A stretch of DNA of 64,000 bases from a bacterium (lineage in GTDB: Bacteria > Hinthialibacterota > Hinthialibacteria > Hinthialibacterales > Hinthialibacteraceae): assembly GCA_041946805.1 (NCBI GenBank), contig JBHGBC010000007.1, forward strand, positions 1-64,000, given 5' to 3'. The translations under genes and the position numbers were made by a program. The notes beneath the pieces were generated by a model. It ran no database searches. It was not told the DNA's origin and saw nothing but the letters and a program-made list of their open reading frames with translations. Of this stretch, positions 47,181 through 58,100 are shown piece after piece. Each line of letters begins with the position of its first letter. Position 1 is the first letter of the stretch.

Positions 47181-48755
47181 TCATTCGTCCTGCACCCATT
47201 TGCGGACGGTGTTGGGGGAGATCCCCAACGCCTCGGCCGCCTGAGAGATGTTGCCGCCGAAAAGCCGGTGGACGTGCCGGATGTAGGTTTTGCGGATTTC
47301 CGCCTCGGTCACGACCTCGGCGGGATGGGATGGACAGAACATACGCCGGCCGGAGGCGTTGTCCTCATCCGCGCGGGCGGTGCCGGCGTGGAACAGGGCG
47401 ATTTCCTCGGCCAGAATATCCCGCACCGGCTGTTTCATGTAAGCCGCCCGCCGGAGGATGTTGATGAATTGGCGGATGTTGCCCGGCCAATCGTATTTGT
47501 AAATGGCCTCCCAGTCGGCCTTGGTGATTTCCAGGGCATACCCTTTGTGCTTGAGTTCATAGATCTCGCTGCGGGCGATGGAGGGGAGATCCTCCAGCCG
47601 TTCCTTGAGCGGGGGAACGTGCAAAAACAGGACATTGAGGCGGTGGAACAGGTCCCGGCGGAACGTGCCCGCGCGGACCATGGCCGGCAGGTCCTGATTG
47701 GTGGCGGCGATCACGCGCACATCCACGTCATGGGATTTCATGGTGCCCAGGGGCGTGACCCGGCGTTCCTCGAGCACGCGCAGCAGCTGGGTTTGCACGG
47801 GCAGCGGAAGCTCGCCGGCTTCGTCAAGGAACAGGGTACCATCGTCAGCCGCGGCGAACGCCCCGGGCTGGGCGTCCTTCGCTCCCGTGTAAGCCCCCGC
47901 GGCATGGCCGAACAGCCGGTCGTGGGCCAGATCGGTGTTGAGGCTGAGGATGGCGCAATTGACCGGAATGAAGGGACCTGGGCGGCCGCTGGCCTCGTGC
48001 AGCAGCCGGGCGGCGATTTCCTTGCCGGATCCCGTGGGACCGATCACCAGCACGGGCTCGGGGACCGGTCCCAGGCGGGCGATCTGAGTGCGCATGCGCT
48101 GCATGGCCTTGCTGTTGCCCAAGGGAATGGCGTAGCGCCCCTCTTTCCGGTAGGATACGGCTACGCGGCGGTCGGCTTCGGTGAAGGGAACCAGCCCCGC
48201 GAGTTTTTGGATGACATGGATGTAACTGGACTTGTCCTCGTATTTGAAATACCGGCTGGCGCCGGCCGCGATCAAATCGTGCCAAAGGGCATCGGTTTCC
48301 GACCGCTTCAGGTCGCGGTTCACAAATTGCCGGGCCAGGGTCAACAAAGTTCCCGTGATCTCGGTGTCCCGGATTTTGAGATGCTGATACACCGCCTCGG
48401 TGTTGCTCGAACAGGGTATAAACACCGGCACGCACACTGGGATCAACAAGGTCCGGTATTCATCCAGGTATCCCCGCCCGCAGTACCACAAGACCTTGAT
48501 CCGCTTTTTTACAAACGCTCCGAGGACGGTGGTCACCCCCGCGATGTTATCATACACACCCACGCCGCAGATATGGATGATGCCCGGCGGGGGATCCAGT
48601 CCGGCGATTTCCTCCAGGGTCAGGGCGATCCGTTGCGCGCTGGTGGTGACGATCTGGGCCTTGGGGAAGCGCTGCAACACCATGGCGGCGGCGCATGCCC
48701 CATCCGTGCCGTTGGTGGTGAGAATCAAATGCGGCTGATTTTGGGAATACGGCAT
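47181..48755 (-). CDS. sigma54-dependent enhancer-binding protein with degenerate DHH-like N-terminal domain
   Basis: Walker A GPTGSGKE, VNCA, LFGHAAGAYTGA, Walker B LFLDE, FRRDLFHRL, YDWPGNIRQ, Fis HTH GNISQAAEALGIS; no REC domain. Confidence 0.88.
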   Translation of the reverse strand: MPYSQNQPHLILTTNGTDGACAAAMVLQRFPKAQIVTTSAQRIALTLEEIAGLDPPPGIIHICGVGVYDNIAGVTTVLGAFVKKRIKVLWYCGRGYLDEYRTLLIPVCVPVFIPCSSNTEAVYQHLKIRDTEITGTLLTLARQFVNRDLKRSETDALWHDLIAAGASRYFKYEDKSSYIHVIQKLAGLVPFTEADRRVAVSYRKEGRYAIPLGNSKAMQRMRTQIARLGPVPEPVLVIGPTGSGKEIAARLLHEASGRPGPFIPVNCAILSLNTDLAHDRLFGHAAGAYTGAKDAQPGAFAAADDGTLFLDEAGELPLPVQTQLLRVLEERRVTPLGTMKSHDVDVRVIAATNQDLPAMVRAGTFRRDLFHRLNVLFLHVPPLKERLEDLPSIARSEIYELKHKGYALEITKADWEAIYKYDWPGNIRQFINILRRAAYMKQPVRDILAEEIALFHAGTARADEDNASGRRMFCPSHPAEVVTEAEIRKTYIRHVHRLFGGNISQAAEALGISPNTVRKWVQDE

Positions 48756-49168
48756 GATTTGTAAGAACAAGCATCTCTATTCGGGTGATCAAGCTTCTAT
48801 ACTATATTATTCCAGGACGGGTCATGGTAGATCTCATGGAACACGCATCCGGATTTTCGATGAGTGTTGACGATCCATGGTTATATATTTCTGGGGGAGA
48901 AATAGGGATGTTGTCCGAGAGGTCTCCCCATCGATTGGTTACGCGAAGGGTGTCATCCAGGCGAAACGGGGTTCTGGCGATTGTCCAGGATTGAAACTCC
49001 GGATGCCAGAGGATCCTCCAATATTATGGAAGGGAGGCGCGTTGCCGCGTGCCCCCATTATTTGAATTGGACATCCCTCCCTCCTCTCCCAGAGAAATTG
49101 GTTCCTCGATTTGATTCAGTTGCGGGATGCAACGCATCAAAACCGAACAATTCCCGGATGGCCCATTT

Positions 49169-52100
49169 TTAATGCGTCCCTTTCCACCTATCCGAGAAGA
49201 GCAGCAAGTCTTTCCGGTCGATCCGGCCGTCCTGGTTGAGATCGGCGGCGGATGATCCATGCCAGTTGTGGATGAGGATCAGCAGGTCCACGCGGTTGAC
49301 GAACCCGTCCTGGTTCAGATCACCGAATAGTGAATGAGCCTTCGTCGTAAACCAGGCGAACTCGGACCACTCGCTCCATTGTTCGTTGGCGTCCTGGTAC
49401 CGGACGCGCCATTCGTAGTTTTGGCCGCTTTGGAGTGGACCTAACGGGATCTTGGTTTGGGAGGTGGGAGCGAGGGATCCGCTTTCCCAAACCAATGTGC
49501 CGAAGGTGTACTCGCGGATTTCGAATTGCGCCGCCTTCCGCGGAGTGCCCAGGGGATGCGCGTATTCCGAGGCTTGCAGGACCGGGGTCAAGGCGGGCGA
49601 ATACGCGCCGGCCACGGGAGAAAGAGCCTCGGGCGGGTTGGGCGGCTGCGTGGCGAGAGTATGGATGGTTTCGTTGGTGACGATCGCCGCGTTTGCGTCG
49701 AACACGATGGATGCCTGGTTGCGGATGGCGGTCCCCGGCTGCAATCCGGCCGCGGGATCGATCCGGAACGTGACATGGCCCTCGCCGCGGCCCGTGGCGG
49801 AGTCGTTGGGCGGCAGGAAGCCCGCGGTCCCGTCCAGGGGGATCGCGCCGGTTTCGGGATCGATCAGGGTCAACGTCCACCGCGCCCGGCCGGTGTAGGG
49901 ATTCAGGCGCGCCTCGATGTCCACCGCGTATTCATCCCAGGCCACACGTTGATAGTGATCGGTATGCCCCGCCGGGATGGGAATGATCCGGCCGCCGATG
50001 GCCACCTCGGACAGCTCGAAGGAAGTCCAGTCCAATTGGTTGCTCAGATCGTCGGTGAGGATGACCTGTTGGACCGAGGCCGTGGCTTCCGGGGTGTTTT
50101 CGAAGAAGATGGTGTAGGTCAGGGGATCCTGGCCGGAGATGACCGCCTCCTTGCCGCCGGGACCGGTCTTCTCGTTGGGATCGCGAGTGACGACCACAGG
50201 GGAGTTGGTTTGCTGGACGGGGGTCGTGGGCGGCTGGGGGAAGGGAGATTTTTCGCCCGTGCAATCGAGATACTTTTGAAACGCCTTTTGCGCCCGCGCG
50301 ACGTACAACTGATACGCGTGGTAGCGTCCGGAGGCGGCGTTGGTGTTATCGCGGATGCTGCGGACCGCATCGATGGTGGATTCGACCAGTTTGATCGATT
50401 CGTTGACGATCCCGATCAGGTTGAGGACCGGTTCGAAGGCGCGCTTGAATTCTTCACTCTTAATCATATTCATAAGTGGTTTCAACTTGGCCAGGAGACC
50501 CAGGAAGGTATGAAATTCCTCGGCGATGGAGCGCCAAGTCAGCTCGTTGTTCCGTGCGTCTTTCAAGAAGGTGAGCCGGCCCTTGTATTGTTCGATGTAG
50601 GAAAGCACCTTGAGCAGCCGCTGCCCCCAGACTTTGCCTTCCTTCAGTTTCTGGATGGCGGCGATGATCTTGGGGCCGTTGACCACGGCGGCGGCTCCGG
50701 CTTCGTAAGCGGCCAGTTCGAGCTCGGCGATCTTCCCGGCCAGCACCGCGGCCTGCAGGCCTACTTCGCCACCGCTGGCCAGCCAGGTGAAATTGGCGTT
50801 GCCCTTGGCCTTCCAGGCGTCCATGTAGACATATTCCGATTGCGCGAGCAGTTTGCCCACGTTTTTCGCTTCATTACGGCATTGGGCATCGGGATTTTTG
50901 ACGATGGCGTTCCAGTTTTGCAATCCGCCCGCGTGGTTGATCATCTCCATCACGCGGGGATCGCGGGCCAGGCCGCTGCGTTCGGTCACGAACAGACGGT
51001 AATCCGCGGGAATGTTGGTGTTGGAAAGCCAATCGAGGAATCCATCGAGATATTCTTGAAAGCCCCGGGCATTCATCAACGATGCGCTTGGATCATCGGC
51101 GAGTTTTTTGGTGGTATCGACGAATTGCGGTGTGATGGGCCAGGGATCGAAGCCCGCGCCCGGCGCGAGCGGCAGTGCTATATCCTTGACGAATGAGCCG
51201 GATAGATCGGTGACTTCCACGCTGTCTTTGGCAACCTGGGAACCGAAAATAATATCCAATTGATAACTTCCGACAGCGAGAGGCGTGGACTGATACACCC
51301 CCTCCGCGCTCGCGGTGGAGCGGGCGGCTTCCAGGCCATCCAGTTTGAAGATCACCACCGCGCCCGCCAGTGGCAACAGGGATGCGCTGTCCCGGATCGT
51401 GCCGGTTACGGTTTGGTCTTCACTGGGCAGGGTGATGCTCAATGGCGGTGTCGCGCCACTCTCCAGCACCGCAAATCCGGACTGCTTGTACCGGGGGAAT
51501 CCCGCGGCTTGCACGTGGACCTCATAGGTTCCGGCGGCCATCCCTGCCATGGTGAAAGTTCCATCCCCGGCGCTGAAAGATTTGAGTCCGGGATCCCCGG
51601 CCGCTTCTTTGAATAGGACCACTGCGTCCGAGACGGGATCTCCGGTCCGCGCGGAGACGATTTTGCCCGTGACCAGGCTCTCCGCGGGCAGGGCGAAATC
51701 CAGGGATAATGCGGAATCGCCCAGCGTGACTTGTTGCGTCATCCGGCCCAGGCCGGGTGCGATGACCGCCAGCAGGTAGTTCCCCGGAACCAGGTGGTTC
51801 AACTCATACTGGCCGTCCGCGCCGGATGAGGCCATCGATCCCTGCCGTACCTCCGCGCCGGGATCGAGAGGAACCGCCTCGATGATGGCGTTCTCCACTC
51901 CCAGGGCCGAGGTTCCCGCGGTGATGGTCCCGGCGATCTTTCCCGATGCCGCGATGAGAGTGATTCCATCCATGTTTCCGTTGACCTGGATGGTCTGTCG
52001 CGGGAATGTGTAATCGGCCAGCAAGGCGCTGAGAGTCAGACTGCGTTGGGGCAGGTTATGGAAGGCGAATCCGCCTTGCCCATCACTCATCACCATGCCC

Positions 52101-55100
52101 AGCACGACTCCATCCACGCTGACCGCCGAGACGAGGCTGTCCGCCAGGGGCGTAATGCCGTCCGCGTCCAGCACCCGGCCGGTGAGGGATCCACCGGGCG
52201 GGAGGAGCACGTCGCCCAGCGTGTTGGCCGCGCCGCTCTGGATTTCGATCATCCGGATTTGCAGTTCATATCCGGTGGCGTTGATCCAGACGCTATGGAT
52301 TCCCGGCGTAAGCCGGGACACGGTGAAATTCCCGAGCGCGTTGGTTTGGGCGGTGTCGGACGTTTGCGTGACCAGGTTGGTGAACAGCAGGATGGCATTC
52401 TCCAAGGGTGATCCCGCCGCGGCATCCAAGACCCGGCCTTGGCAGACCGCGCCGCGCTTCATCTGGATCGTCAGGCCGTTGAGTCCCGATTCGGGCACGG
52501 TGACCGCGAGCGGCGCGAGGACCTGGTACCCGTCCGCCTGGCAGCGCAATTCATAATTACCCGGCGCGAGTTCGGCAATGGAATATGTCCCATCCTCGAA
52601 TGACCAGGCAGGCAGAAGGCTTCCCTGGGGAGTTTTGAGATAGATCATCGGGTTGGCGATAGGCTGGCCGGTATCGGCGTCCTGGACCACGCCGTTCAAG
52701 TACACGGAAGGCTCGAGCAGGAAATCCACTTCCTTCAAGGCCCGGCCGTTCCAGACCTGCAGCCCGTCGTAGCGTTTGGCGGCGTACGAGGGATGCAGCG
52801 CTTCGAGGCTGTAAAGGCCCGCGGGCAGGGCGGGGAAGCGGTAGGCCCCTGTTTCATCCGCCACCATGGCGCGGATTCCGCCCAGGCCGTCCTGCAGCGT
52901 GAGCATGACGCCCTCGAAGGGCGTACGGCCGGGCATCTCGAATACGGTTCCCTCGATGATCCCGCCATAGGGAACCCGCCATTCCACGCCGGATACGATT
53001 TGCCCTTCGTTCACGTTGATTTGACCCGGATTGACGCCGGGGTAACCGTTGACCTCGATGGAGTAGATGCCGGAGGGCAGATTGATGAACTCGAATTGCC
53101 CTTCGGCGTTGGTATCGGCGGTGGTGGAGAAGGCGGGAATCCCGGAGCTGGAGATGTTTTGGATCAAGATACTCGCCCCGGTCTGGGGATGGCCGTATTC
53201 CTCATCCACCAGCCGGCCGTGGATTTCCCCGCCCGGTTTTTGTTGGAGGGGGCCGAGGAGGCGGGCCAGCAGTTCATCCGCGCCGGCCAGGATGACGCCC
53301 TGACTCCACAAGCCGGTGGCCATTGTGGCGAGGGCGTCTTGGTAATCACCCCAGGTGGGGCCCACCGCGTCCACGTAGGCGGTCCATTCCGGCGCGTCCC
53401 ACGCCACCAGCGAATTCAAGTCCTGGATGGCCTCCAGGCTGAACGAAATGCGATTCGCGGCGCCTGACTGGAAATAAACGGCGATGGAACCTTCCGCGCC
53501 GGGGGCCAGAATCCCCGCCGGGCCTTCCCGGGGGACCGCGAGGAACCGGACGGGCTTCGTCTCCAGCGGCGCGTCCGGATCGAGGCCGAGGGGGACATCC
53601 GCTTCGGACCGGAGCAGCAACACCGGCGCGGTCATGTCCGCGTCGCCGGTATTTTGATACCGGATCAGCAGCGTATACGTACGTCCCGGGCGGATGGCGT
53701 TGGGGGCCAGCAATTCCGCTTCCAGGCGCGGGCCGATACCGGGAGTCACCTGGAACGCGTTTTCGAAGGTAGATTGAGCGATGCCGCCCGGCCATTTCAC
53801 CTCGAGATTGTACGAACCGATTGGCGCACCGCGCAGATTCATCCGCGCGTGCAGTTTCGTTGAATCGGGAACCAGGATTTCATAGGCGGAAATGGCCGTC
53901 CCGCCCGGTCCCGCCAGGCGTACCTCCACGCCGGATTGGAAGAGGGAGCCTTCGAGGGACAATGTGACATCGCCGAGATTGCCACCCTGCGTGGGCGACA
54001 GCGAAACGACATATTGGTCCACATAGTCGAATTGGATTTGATACGTTTCCTGGCTGTCAGCCAAACCGATGGCGAAGACGAGGAAATAATAATCCCCCTC
54101 CCCGGTTTGGGTCATCAGCAATTCATACGCGGGCCGCAGTTGAGGTGTAATAGACCGGCGGTCATACCGCGCGGGAGAAGGTTCGTACCCCAGGGCGGCA
54201 AAGATGTGGTACCGGCTGGAAGCGTTGGCGTGGATCAGACGGCACAACAAGTTGCGCCCGGCTTGCGCGTGGAATTTGTACAATTTCAGGCCATATTTCT
54301 CGACGGTTTCGGAATAGGGCGTATGGAGCTCCACCTCGCGCGCCACGAGGACCTGATCCGGGACCTGCTCTTCGCTGGTGAACCACGGCTCGAACAGGAC
54401 TCCCTGCGAGACGGAGTCCCCGTTCCCCGGGCCGCTTCCCGAGGGGCCGTTCGCGCTGCCCCACCAGTTGAAGGTGGCGTTCACGTTGATCGAGGGCGAG
54501 AGGTTGTTCACTCCCGCCTGGTTGCCCACGATGTGGGAAAACTGCACGGCCGCGTCCATGCCCGATTGCCCGTTGGTTTCCAGCGCCGTCCCGTTGTTCA
54601 GAAAGCGGCTGTAGGCGGTGGTCATGCGGGCGGATTGCAGCACACGCAAGGCAAATTGATTGTATTCGAAACGGCAGCTCTCCAGGCTCACATCCGCCAG
54701 GCCCCGCGCTTCCACACCCGCCCGGCCGATGCCCGCGTTGCGGATCACCGCATGGCGGATCGATCCCTTGCCTTCATCCTGGAGGAGAATGCCGGCATAG
54801 ACCGACCAGCGCGTCGCGTCGGGAACCGTGGGTGGAGCGGCCAGCTGGACAGGCTGATTTATCTGGCCGTTGATGCCCAGGAATCCCGAGACCACGAATC
54901 CCGCATCCCCTCCTTCGAGGGCGATGAAAGTCCCCGGCCGGATTTGCAAGGAACCGGTGGGCGCGATGGTCCGCGAACGGTGAATTTCGTAATATCCGCC
55001 CAGGAGCGCGTGGAGCGCGCCGCTTTCTTTCAACTCCCCGCTGCCGATCTCCAATCCGGCCTGGTCTCCGGAGACGATGTTGCCCGGCTCGGATGACGCG

Positions 55101-58100
55101 GCGGTGAGGAAATTCACCGAACCCGTCCGGTTGTTGCCCAGAAATTGATTGTTGCCGAAGCGGATACGCGATTCATCGCCGTAGGTGAACAACGCGTCCG
55201 TGTTTTCCTGGAACACGTTGCCCCGCAGCGTGAGTTGGGCCTGGTCCCGCACAGCCACGCCCTGCCCGTTTTTTGTGAACCGGCTGGCGGTGATTTCCAC
55301 CGCGGCCTTCTGATCGCCCCGGAGGCCGCCCCGGGTGTTATCCTCGAACGACAGGTTGGTGAGCGTGGCGGCGGTGGCTTCGGCGATCATCCCGTAGTTC
55401 AGGCTCTCGCGCAGCGTCAGGTTTTCCAACGTCACATCGGCGCCTGCCATGAGGCGGAACTGAGATTCCAATCCCTCGGACGCGAAATTGGAGCCGCCGT
55501 ATTCCACCTCCGCCTGGCTGAGGCGCCCGGACGATCCGGCCGTGAACACCAGCGCGCCCCAATGACCCCGGGCGGGAACTGTCTGGGCCGATGTGAAAAG
55601 AATGGGGAGCGTATCGGAACCGGCCGCATCCAATCTCCCTTTTATGAGAAGATCCGATGAGATTTGCAGAAACTGAATCGTGTTGCCCTTGGCAATGGTA
55701 ATCCGGGCTTCCGGGGCGATTTCGACGTCCTCGGAGATCAGGTAGGGAATGCCCGGTTCGATCCACTCGCCGCTGCCGGTCCAGCTGCCGCCCGCGATCT
55801 TGATGGCGTTGAAGCGGTTGGCCACGGCGGCGGCATCCTGAATGACGGGAAACGCGTTGGGGAAAATCTGCGCCGCGAGGCCCTTGTTATTTTGGATGAC
55901 CGGTTCGATGAACACGGGGGAGCCGTTCTTGATCCAAATGCCGTCGCTGTTGCTGTATTGAAACACGCAATTTTCCAAGGCGGGCGAGGCTCCGTCACAA
56001 AATACCATGGAAGCCTGCGTAAGGCTGGCGAAGTTGGAACCGCCGTATTCCATCACGCAATGCTGGAGCCGGGTGATGGCGTTGTTGGTGGTGGAGCTGA
56101 AATAGATCCCGCCCCAGGATCCCGGCGCGGGCGTCCGATGGAGCGAAGTGAAACGGATGGGATTGGACACGGTCCCCACGGCCCACAGCGCGCCGTCCAC
56201 CCGGAGATCGGCCGCGATGTCCGTGAACTGGAGTTCCGTTCCCGGATCGATGGTCAGCATGGCTTCCGGGGCGATCACCACATCGTTGCGGATCAGGTAG
56301 GGGATTTCGGCATAATCCCACCGCCCGCTGCTATTCATGGTTCCGTTCAGGATCAGGATGCCGTCGAACTGGTTACTCTCCGCCGAGACCGCAGTGAATT
56401 GCGGGAAAGATTGGAGGTCCATGAAAGCGGCGTAATTGGCGTTGGCTGCGAAACGCACGGATGCCACGTTCGCGCGGGAAGTGATCAGGCTCAATCCGTT
56501 GGTATGGGAGTTGGCGATCCAGCAATCGCTCAGCGTGGGGGATGATGCTTCGCAGCGGATCATGGAATCCACCGTGGCGGAGGCGAAATTGGTTCCACCG
56601 TAGCGGATCTGGCAATGTTTCAAGATCGAGCCATCCGATCCCGAGTTGCTGAAGAGGATTCCTCCCCACGCGTTATCGGGGATGTCTTTCAGGGAGGTGA
56701 ACACGATGGGCCGGCCGGTTTCCCCCGCCGCGTACAAGGTTCCCTGGATGATGAAATCCGTGGCGATGTCTCGGGATTGCACCACCGTCCCCGGATCGAT
56801 GGTCAACGTGGCGCCGGAGGCGAGGGTGATGTCCGAATCGAGAAGATAGGGGATTTCCGCGTAGTCCCAGCGGCCGCCGGCCAGGATGGTCCCTCCCCGG
56901 ATCAGGAGCGCGTCGTATCCGTTGCCCTCGGCCGTGATGCCGGTGAACACGGGGAAACACCGCGCGTCCATGTAGAGGGCGGCCGCCCGGTTGTTCACGA
57001 AGTGAATGGAGGTCAATTGGGCCTGGGAATCGATCAGGCTGATCCCGGCGTTGGCGGAATCCTCAACCCGGCACGCGTTGAACGTGGGCGAGCTGCTTTC
57101 GCACCGGATCATGGAATCAATCGCCGCGGACGCGAAATTGCTTCCCCCGTGGCGGACCGCGCAATGTTCCAAAACCGAGGCGTTGGCCGTGGAACCCGTG
57201 AAGAGGATGCCTCCCCAGCGGTTTTCCGGTTTGTCTCCCATCGATGTAAACAATATAGGTTGGTCCGCGCCGCCCACGGCATGCAAGGTTCCCTTGACCA
57301 GCAGGTCGACGGCCAGGTCTCCCGTTTGGATGACCGTGGCGGGATCGATGGTCAACGTCACGCCGGATTCGAGGGTCACATCGCCCGCGAGGAGGTAGGG
57401 GAGTTCGGCATAGTCCCAACGCCCACTGGCAGTCAATGATCCGCTCCGGACCTGGATGGCGTCGAAACCGTTGCCCTCGGCGGTGACGGACGTGAACACG
57501 GGAAACGAGGCGGTGTCCATGGTGACCGCCGCGCGGGGATTCCCCTTGAACAGGACCGATGAGATCACGGCGGCTGAATTCACCAGGCACATCCCGTGAT
57601 TCTTTGAAGCCTCCATCCGGCAATTGCGGAACAGGGGGGAGGCGTTTTCGCAGCGGATCATGGCGTCCTGGGTGGCCGAGGCGAAATTGCTGCCCCCGTG
57701 GCGGAGCTCGCAATATTCCAGCAGGGACGCGTTGGTTTCATTGCCTGAAAATAGAATACCGCCCCAACTGTTCGCGGCCTCGTCGTTCAGGGAGGTGAAA
57801 ACAATCGGATTGCCGCTGGCGCCCACCGCCGTCAGTTTGCCGGCCGCGATCAGGTCGTCTTCGATTCCGGCAAACTGGATGACGGCGCCCGCCTCGATGG
57901 TCAACGCCGCGCCGCTGTCGATCTGGATATCATGGTCAACCAGGTACGGCAGGTTCGAAAACCGCCAGACATTCGTTTCCAGGATATGGCCCCCATCGAT
58001 ACGGAGGCCATCGAAGCGGTTGCCCGTGGCGCTGTTGTTGGACAAGGCGGGGGAGCAGGAGGGAGTCATCTGGACCGCGTCTTGCGCGTTGGCGGTAAAG

